DNA from: Lingula anatina
Taxonomy: Eukaryota > Animalia > Brachiopoda
Assembly: GCA_051362555.1 (NCBI GenBank)
Contig: CM120646.1
Span: 3,162,001 to 3,226,000, forward strand
Length of the DNA stretch: 64,000 bases
Reading direction: 5' to 3'
In this document: positions 55,501 through 64,000 of the stretch, one piece after another
Position numbering within the stretch: position 1 is the first letter of the stretch
How the letters are laid out: every line of letters begins with the position of its first letter
Translations under genes and position numbers: made by a program
Notes under the pieces: generated by a model
The model's database searches: none
What the model saw: only the letters and a program-made list of their open reading frames with translations
Told to the model about the DNA's origin: nothing

Positions 55501-56221
55501 AAAATGACAAAAAAAAAAAAAAAAAAAACAGGCGGCCATCTTCGATTATGTCCGTTTCCATGGTTACGTAGGCAATTGCCATTTCCACATCATGGCTTAC
55601 CTACACCAGCAGACCTTGAGTTTTAAATTGATATATAATTCAGGTCTGTTTAAAACGAAGACATTTAACTCCTTAAATAAAGCACTTTTTGGGGATTTGC
55701 CACCCCCCTATATGAATTATCTTTCCTTGCTAAGTTATTGTATTATATTTGTTATCTTTCCACACACTGTCAAGAACATTTGAATAGAAATATGCATTTG
55801 CATAAATTATTTACTATGACGTACACTTGGAGATGTAGATCTTAATATGTGTCGCAGGCAAAACTAAGCAAATGCAGGGTCAACGTCAAAAGCAGAGCAT
55901 CCTTGGGCTAAAGTTTTTAAATTAGATATTTCTTTAATATGACAATGATAGAAATGCGTCATATTTTATCATTGTTTTTAATATCATATCTATCGACCTC
56001 CCCCCCCCCCCCAAAAAAAAAAAAATAATAATAATAATAAAAAATACAAATTCAGAAATGTTCTCACCAAGCTGCGCAAGGGACGATTCCGGAAAATATT
56101 TATCCTGTCGAAAACATAAGATCATCGTCCCCCAGGATGCCTCAATGCCCGCTGAGGACGTAAATGATAGAATTGAAATCCCAAGTACCACCCAGCCTAT
56201 GTATATATCAGGAGATACCAT
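52521..56221 (-). CDS. SLC16/MCT-like MFS transporter, copy I (429 aa)
   Basis: join 56221-56068, 55289-54978, 54775-54598, 54124-54007, 53728-53503, 53203-53066, 52684-52521; open frame. Confidence 0.85.
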
Positions 56222-57994
56222 CGTTATAACTAATCAGGCTACATATCACTTGATACGTCCTTTGTAAGAATGTGACAGTTCTTTGCTTTAGAGCTAGTCC
56301 GTGTGCTGCCGTTTACTTTTGGATGAATTCAGGAATAATTGATCCCCAAATGAACATTATTTGTACCAATCAGATTGCTGTTTCTCACGAACTCTAAATT
56401 TCCATTTGAGTCACAAATAGAAGAATTTCAATCCGGTACAACATAATGTCTGTAAATACCCGGAGCTATCGTTGTCTTGCTTCTTTGTTCTAGTTTGATA
56501 ATCGTGAATTTCCAAGAGTGGGTGCTCAACATTTTATAGATGAATCCATGGAAATAATACACCACTGGAGTGAACATCAGTTCATCTATGCCGCGACGAG
56601 AGACATTTTATTTACCCATTCTTGTAGGAGGCACAGTTGACCTGATCCATGTAGTATCCTTTAGTGAGTGTCAAAGGTTTCAAACCGTAATTCAAGACTC
56701 GGTGAACTCTTTTCAACATTTTTTGCGCTCTATTAATCCATTTAACTTTTCAGGTTAAAAATGAAATAAAAAAGTTTCCCGTCCTTACGTCTTGAATCAT
56801 TAGCCCCATAAATCCACAAAAGTATGACTAAATGTTCACATCCTCAAACGTAAACGGTTCACCGCATATATTCAGTACATTCAATATTGCGGTTTTCTTT
56901 TTTCAATTGCGTATGTGTAACAGACCGTCAGTGTAGACTGGCTGTGTGCGGGGTCATGTGGGCGGTATCACAAAGACATTAACATAGAGGTATCTGCCTT
57001 ACCAAGAAATACATATCGCATTGCATAATAAGCGTTCTTTTTGTGGGCAAACATCATGCAACCCGCATGAGTGTCTATGTCTGTATTCCAATGTTACTGA
57101 TTCATGTTCATACCGTATTTGTATGTATATTGGATATAATTAATATGCATTGGACTGCATGCAAACTTATCAACAACAGCTCTGTGTTGTTTACAATGAT
57201 TTATTATGAACAAAACAAACTGTACTCCAGAGCAATGCTGACAACTGTAAAGAAAAACAAATGATGTAAAAATGAATTATAAAATGATCTCATATCATGA
57301 ACGTCTGTGTTCTTTACATAAATATCTCATAGATTTTGCGGATATTCTTTATACAAGTCTTAAAGAATAGTCCTTCAACTCTATAATTCTTAAGTAGCAT
57401 CTTTACTTAAAAGTTACACATAATCTCAATTATAAACATCTTGCCGACTTTGGGATTTTGTAGGCAAGAATGCAAGCAACTGGATTCTAAATGTGCCAGC
57501 TATTGACTAGCGCAACTACCACAATGAAAAATGCACTGTAATAACTTGTAACTTTAAACCTAAATTTGAGAAAACGCTCAAAATGCACAAGTAGTATTGT
57601 TAGGCTTTATCAACAAGTTTTAACAATATATCACATCATGCCATGACAATCCCATATACTGCCTTGATTGGTTTGCCTTTTCTCATTTGTGTTATTTAAG
57701 AGTTTTGTTTAATTAAGTTGTAAAGCTAAGTATATTTTAGTTTCTTTAGTTCATGTCATTTCATCACAATGTTCTTTAATTATTTCTTTTAAATCTTAGT
57801 CCATGTAATTTTTTCTGTTAGTTCATTTACATTATTTTGATTCGCTCTCTCACGTGTATGGCATATATATTTACAATTGAATTTGTTATTTAAGAGTTAA
57901 GTTTTATTTGTTATTTAAGAGTTTAGTTTTACTTTGTTAAAAGGATTAAGTATATTTTAGTTTGCTTAGTTTAGGTTATTCTATTACATATAGT

Positions 57995-60900
57995 TTAACT
58001 ACTGTAACATATCGCACGACCGCTCTTCATCAGTTCTAGACCACGAAGGTTTCTCCATTTATTTATAGATATAAGAACACCTGTTCCTAGGGCAAACACG
58101 CCGAAACATGAAGCAATTGCCAGGAACACCGTGAAGTAGCTACCCGAAACATCACAGACGTAACCTGGAGAAATAACGGTAATAATATTTAAGCGAGCTA
58201 TACCAAAGAAACTTTACAATTTACTTGATACTTGAATTGTAGTGTTTAAACACTCAATTAACACCCCAGGAGCGTTTTAACTTCCAATAAGACTATACTT
58301 CAACCACAGCTGATAAAGACAAAAAATGGGTCGAAGTTAATGTTTTTCAAAGAGAAAAAGAAAAACAAATGTCGTGCGTCCACTGAGGTCTTTAAACAAA
58401 AACAGCAAAACATATTATATCTGTCAACAATGATTTAATTTTTACATAACTTGGGGCAAATATATTTGTTTTTGAAAGAAGGTTAGGTTGGCCATGTTGC
58501 CATTCTAAAAAAACAAATTCTACCTGCCAAATATGGTCCAACAGCAGCTCCGATACCTTTACTAAACCGCATTGTCATGAATAATGTAGCGACATTCTCT
58601 CCGTCCATGATCTCATAGTTGACGGAAAAGTACACCATAAAGCCAACGCTAAAACCTGATACTAAAAAACATTTTGAAAATTGTTTCAATCATAAAAGAT
58701 ATTTTACCTTAAAGCACGCTCAAATTTAATTTGTTCATGATTTATATTCAAAAAGGAATTCTAAGAGCAATGTTAGAATTTATTGCTGGGTTTGAACATT
58801 TAAAATTACAGCAAAAACCTGATTACGAGTAATACGCCATTGTTTTATTTCTGGGAGTACAATTGACATCGATGCAATCAATCAACGCTAAAAGTACTTG
58901 CACAGACAATTACAGCTACCCTGGGGCCGGTTTCACAAAGCAGTAGTTAGTTAGAACAACTAACTACTGAACTACCTCGCTAACGAGCAAACTTAGCGAT
59001 TTTCGAGGGGTGTTTCACGAAGCAGTCGTTAACTCATCGCTAAGTTCAGTCGTAAAGTTCGGTCGTTAGTTCTCTCGTTACTCTCCGTAGTCTCGAAACC
59101 GTCTGCCGGAAGTGGAACTCTTGCGTAAAAGTGTCACGAAAGCACTAACTCTCCAATTTTTGGTGGCTGAAAATGCATAAGAACGTCTGCTTTGAGGTCG
59201 TCGTAAAGGATCTCCACCACCTTTTTGCCGCTCTTTTTGTCACAGCTAGGCGCAACCTCTTGTAAATTGCATCATCGTGTGTATATTCTAATAGATTCTG
59301 CCTTTCATGAAAACGTCGTAGTCTACGTTGCCGTCTGGCGGTACGGATAGCAAGAAAAGTAGCCGCCATATTGGATACAAAGACAAACGACAGACAACGG
59401 TAACTAAGCAACCTTTTTATTTCACTCATTACGCATGCGTACGATGAAACTCTAGAGTTAGCGACTGGTCTGACCAGTCGTTAAATATCCAAGGCAACAA
59501 CGAGACAATAACGAGCGAGAGAACTAGCGACTGCTTCGTGAAACGGCACTATAACTAGCGAGAGGCTAACTACCGATCGCTAACTAACTACTGCTTTGTG
59601 AAACCGGCCCCTGTATAGACGCCTGATAATAAAAGTGAACAGTGAAATATAAGGCTCTGTTCTCACAACTTTTAGATCGATCTATCACCGCGGGGAGTCT
59701 CACTAGATTACTGTCAGATAATCCCCCTCAAGTGTCCGTCCCCGCCTACTACAAGCTTTAAGGGGTAATTAACTTTCGTGTCCGCCCGGCTGACAGCTAT
59801 TTAGCGTGAACCCCCAGGGAGTTAGGTCGATCCAATGTAGGTCGATCTAATCTATGAGAATGGGGTGTAAGACAAAGAAAAGAAAAATAAAAACACTTAC
59901 CGGCACCATATACAAATATGGCCGTCAAAGATGTAGAATATGCTGCAGCAATATTATTAATAATGAGTACCGTAGCTGCTACCAAGTTCACCGCCATCAA
60001 GTTCCCTTTGAGGAAATCCCCGACAAAAGAGGATAACGCCTCACCAACCATACCCATGATCCCGAAAATGGCCATTACATACCCTGCTTCGTCTTTTGTA
60101 TAGCCTAGGTCAGTCGTATGCTTTGGCTGCAGAAAATGAGCGACAATTAAATGCTGGTCTTTCGAATAATAAAGCTGACATTTTAGCCCGCAGTAAATTA
60201 AAGAAATTATTATACTGATGCACCTATGAAGAACTTCTATAATAATGTATATTGGATTAGATATTGCATCTTAATGGTAGATCTCCATAGATGCATCGGT
60301 ATTATAACTTATTTTCTTCTTTAATATCTATACGGTGATTTGATATGGCTATCGCTGAGGCGTGTTTAGCGTTTAGCAGCACAGTGATACTGTTAACTTT
60401 TAGACCAATTACACAAAAGGGCTAAAGAAACAAAAAGTAGTCAAAACATAAGGACCAAGCTTGTGAACTGTTGAAGCTACTAAACTTTGAAATTATTAAG
60501 GTCTTTTAGCCACCCGATATACTTACCAGTATTACAGAAGGCAAAATATAACCGAATCCTTTACAGCAGGCTGCCATGGCCCATAAGCCATGAATGCCCA
60601 CTTTAGAACACGTAGACCAGGGTGGTTTCTGTAACAAACCTGATCTGAAAAAAAAAGGATCATTTGAAATAGATAGTTTTGAATTTTGAAACAGACTTCT
60701 CTTCAATATAATTGCTATAATTGCTGGTCGTAATGAATGGTCTCCATGGATGAAGACTTTATTTATCTTGTTTCTATCATATCAAAGCGGGATTCATCTT
60801 TCGCAGGTTTCTATTCAGCATTGAGCGACATAAACAGTAAATTCAGTCAGTGAATTATTTAAAATATTTTGTCATTTTATTCGGTCACGGCAGAATAGTG

Positions 60901-63183
60901 AATTGTACACATGGCATTGTTTTTTTTTTTTTTTTTTTTTTTTTTTTTGATTTTTTTTTTTCTAGTACGGAAGAGCATATTGCACCTAAGAAAATTGCTT
61001 CCTGTTTTTGTGCATAATTGTAACTATTCATGTGTAATAAAAAAAACTTCCGTTTAAAAAAATCTAGTGTATCAAGTGTTTTAAGTGGTCGTGTCTCTGT
61101 ACATCAAACATCAACCCACTCTTTATTGGTGCCTTTGCCCCGTTCATCTGATGACATCATTGGAGGATTCCCAAATACCAGAACTTGAAGAAGACCAAGA
61201 CATGCAAAGGTAGCTGCATAAACTCTAAACGCCCATCGCCACCCCAGCAACGTGCTTTCACACATCTTCGCGTTAATGATATTAAAGATGGACCCTCCTA
61301 AAGAAAACGGTTATAGTTATCTATATCATGGCAAGATTCGGATAAAAAGAGAGGGGCCGCATAGAGATTTAGAGAGATTTTACAAGTTTTATAATCTACT
61401 TGGATATTATCAGGCCTACCCAACTACCAGACTCAGCATCGAATGATCCTGTATTCACCAGTAGATCGGACCACACTACCCGTTTTCAAGGTGTGTATCA
61501 GGACGCGCTTCGAAGTATCAGACGCGACACCGCTCTTGCCTAGTACGCGATATGATAGTGATGATTCTCAGCGGGGTTGGAAAGTAGTGCCTCTCATCTC
61601 AAAATTTGTTCCTGGTATGATACTGTGAAATGCGTACTGACGCACACCTTGAAAACGGGTAGTGTGGTCCGATCTACCGGTAATTTCGGGATAATTCGGT
61701 ACCGAGTCTGGTAGCTGGGTAGGCCTGATTATGTAATGATGTGATGTTGTGATATTATCCATTACCATGTTAATGATTATATAACTTAATTGGGCAATAT
61801 TTAACTGTTGTGGGTACTTACCCAGCGGTTCCATAACATTCAACGCAGTGGCTGAAAACACATGGAATCTATGTGTCCAAGGGAACCAAAGTGCTATGAA
61901 GGAATACGTACTTATACAACACAACCCATCTCCAGTTCCATATAAAATGCCAAAGGCTACGGCCACAGAATTGGGACCATTAGCAAAAGATGCCAGAACC
62001 AATCCCAGCACTGTTAAGGATCCCGCAATAGCTATAAATTGGCGAAGGCTAAGTTTTCCAGCCCGAAACAAAGCCATGAATACAAAGTTACTCAATGAGA
62101 TCTTAAACACACAGTACACTGTATAAGGAATCCCTGAAAAACAGAAATGCAAAAAAAAAACTCGAATATATATTTTATACAAAACGAGATAAAAAGGTTA
62201 CCCCCTTTAGAATTTAGGAAGAAGAATATATGCATTTGCATTAATAATTCACTACAGCGTACACTTTGGGAAATATATTGTCGTATGGGTGGCAGGCATA
62301 ACTCAGGAAAAACAGGGTCAACAGAGTGTCTTTAAGTTTTTACAGGATGGTCCATAAAAATGACCTATTTTACTCCCCATCTCAATTTTGGTGTAATTAA
62401 TATATTTCCAACTTTCTTTCACCAAATTATTCCATAAGGATGACAAATTTATCCTTGCAAATTCTGCAGAATTTGGAAACCTTTAAGCTAGTCATAATTT
62501 AATCATCATCATTTCATGCCGCACAGACTTTCCTTGGCCACAATACTCGCCAGATGTCAATCCCCCAGATTTCTTCTTTTGGGGGTGCCTTAAGGAAAGA
62601 ATCTTTGCTAACAACTCTACACACTTTCAAGACCAACATTCAAAGAAAAGTAAGGTACAGTCCGGCTGACATAATCGCAAGAGTCATTGTCTGTTTCAAT
62701 GCCGTTATTCAGCAGCGAAGAGCGTGGATAAAGCATATTTTCAATTATTGAAATTTGACTGGCTTAGATGTTTCCAATTTTTGCAGAATTTGCAAAGATA
62801 AAATGGTCATCCTGAAATGATTTGTTGAAAGAAAGTTTGAATATCTTAATTAAATGTATATCAAAATTGAGATGGAAAATAAAATAGGTCTTTTTTATGT
62901 ACCACCCTGTGGGTTAGAATTTTCAATAATATGACAAAAATTGGAATGCATTATATCTTTTATATAATTATTTATCGTAAGTAGCAACCCCCCTCTCCCC
63001 TGAAATTACATATACTGAAAGGTTCTCACCAAGCTGCGCAAGGGACGAGTCCGGAAAATATTTATCCTGTCGAAAACATAAGATCATCGTCCCCGAGGAT
63101 GCTTCAATTCCCGCTGAAGACATAAATGATAGAATCGAAATCCCAAGTACCACCCAGCCTCTGTATATATCAGGAAATATCAT
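57995..63183 (-). CDS. SLC16/MCT-like MFS transporter, copy J (431 aa)
   Basis: join 63183-63030, 62133-61822, 61297-61120, 60644-60527, 60126-59901, 58661-58524, 58164-57995; open frame. Confidence 0.85.
58924..59610 (-). mobile_element. Internally deleted Harbinger transposon in intron 5 of copy J
   Basis: TIR gggccggtttcacaaagcagtagttagttag / ctaactaactactgctttgtgaaaccggccc; CTG TSD; RRLRRFHERQNLLEYTHDDAIYKRLRL resembles the Harbinger transposase N-terminus. Confidence 0.85.
59653..59867. mobile_element. Harbinger-type MITE in intron 5 of copy J
   Basis: TAA TSD; highly similar to 41024-41238; empty site in I (agtgaaataaaagaaa, ~53465). Confidence 0.8.
61411..61727. mobile_element. Palindromic MITE in intron 2 of copy J
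   Basis: TIR caggcctacccaactaccagactc / gagtctggtagctgggtaggcctg; inner arms gtagatcggaccacactacccgttttcaaggtgtg; ATTAT direct repeat on both flanks; absent in G/H/I. Confidence 0.8.
62343..62909 (+). mobile_element. Tc1/mariner-derived non-autonomous element in intron 1 of copy J
   Basis: Long imperfect TIRs caggatggtccataaaaa..catctcaattttg / caaaattgagatgg..tatgtaccaccctg; internal FPWPQYSPDVNPPDFFFWGCLKERI (cf. WP..SPDLNP.DF.LWG.LK) at ~62528-62605. Confidence 0.85.
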
Positions 63184-64000
63184 CGCTATACCTGAGCAGG
63201 CTACAGATCATTTGACATGTCCATTATAAGAATGTGACAGTTCTTCGTTTTAGAGCTGGTCCGTGTGCTGTCGTTTACTTTTGGATTAATTCTCCAATTG
63301 ATCCCCAAATGAACATTATTTGCCCCAATAAATTTGCTGTTCCTCGCGAAACCTAAATACCTACTTGAGTCATCAATAAAAGCATATTTGCAGTCCAGTG
63401 CAACATTTTCTCTGTACATACTAGGAGCTACCGTTGCCGTTCGAGTTTGATAGTCCTGAACTTCAAAGAGTGATATTCAGGTTTTTATGGATGAATCTAG
63501 ATGGATATAATACACCACTGGAGTGAACATCGTTTTATTCACCTGTTCTTGTAGGAGGCACAGTGTCCTTAATTTAGTGTCAAAGGTTTAAAACCGCTGT
63601 TCAAGACTCGGTGAAATCTTTCCAATATTTGTCGCGCTTCATCTATTTTACTTGTCAGGTTTATAATGAAATTCACAAGTTTTCCGTCCTCTCTTCTGGG
63701 AATATTAACTCAATAAACCCATGAAAATATTAGTAAATGTTCATGTCCTCAAATGTTATGGGGTCGCTGCGTATATACCGTGGATTCAGTCTAGCGAATT
63801 TTTAATTGAGTCCGTTCATCAGACCGTCAATGAAGACTCGCTGTGTGGGGATCGTGTGGGCGGTGTCATATTACTCCTCTTTTGGCCACAGAAGGAGATA
63901 TAGGGTGGATGAGTACAAAGTATAAAAGACGGTTGCACATTTTAAGATTGTGAAATAGGTTGGCTAGCATGGGTAACGACAGGATCGCGAACCAATTTTT

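Noticed and set aside
61568-62182. 204-aa ORF
   Set aside because: Exon 2 of J extended into intron and MITE sequence
153-63183. Single Dscam- or protocadherin-like gene with alternative cassettes
   Set aside because: Each unit has its own ATG exon, complete exon set and stop, so these are separate genes

Overview
AT-rich eukaryotic (probably invertebrate animal) genomic DNA. Nearly the whole window is a head-to-tail, minus-strand tandem array of 7-exon genes encoding ~425-431 aa hydrophobic major-facilitator-superfamily proteins resembling highly divergent SLC16/monocarboxylate-transporter (MCT)-like carriers. I hand-spliced eight apparently intact copies (labelled C-J), one copy truncated by the left window edge (A) and one chimeric pseudogene (B). 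All share exon sizes 154/312/169-178/118/226/138-144/152-170 nt with identical intron phases and GT-AG sites. There are two subfamilies (A-F and G-J). The array shows birth-and-death evolution: tandem segmental duplications with a breakpoint in intron 6, an orphan but intact terminal exon, reciprocally chimeric exon-3 duplicates, collapsed exon1-exon2 remnants, and charge swaps in putative TM helices between paralogs. Introns and spacers carry many DNA transposons (Harbinger/PIF, Tc1/mariner, Kolobok-like, MITEs), several confirmed by empty sites in paralogs, plus RTE-like LINE remnants and microsatellites. Family assignment comes from motif recognition only; no searches were run.
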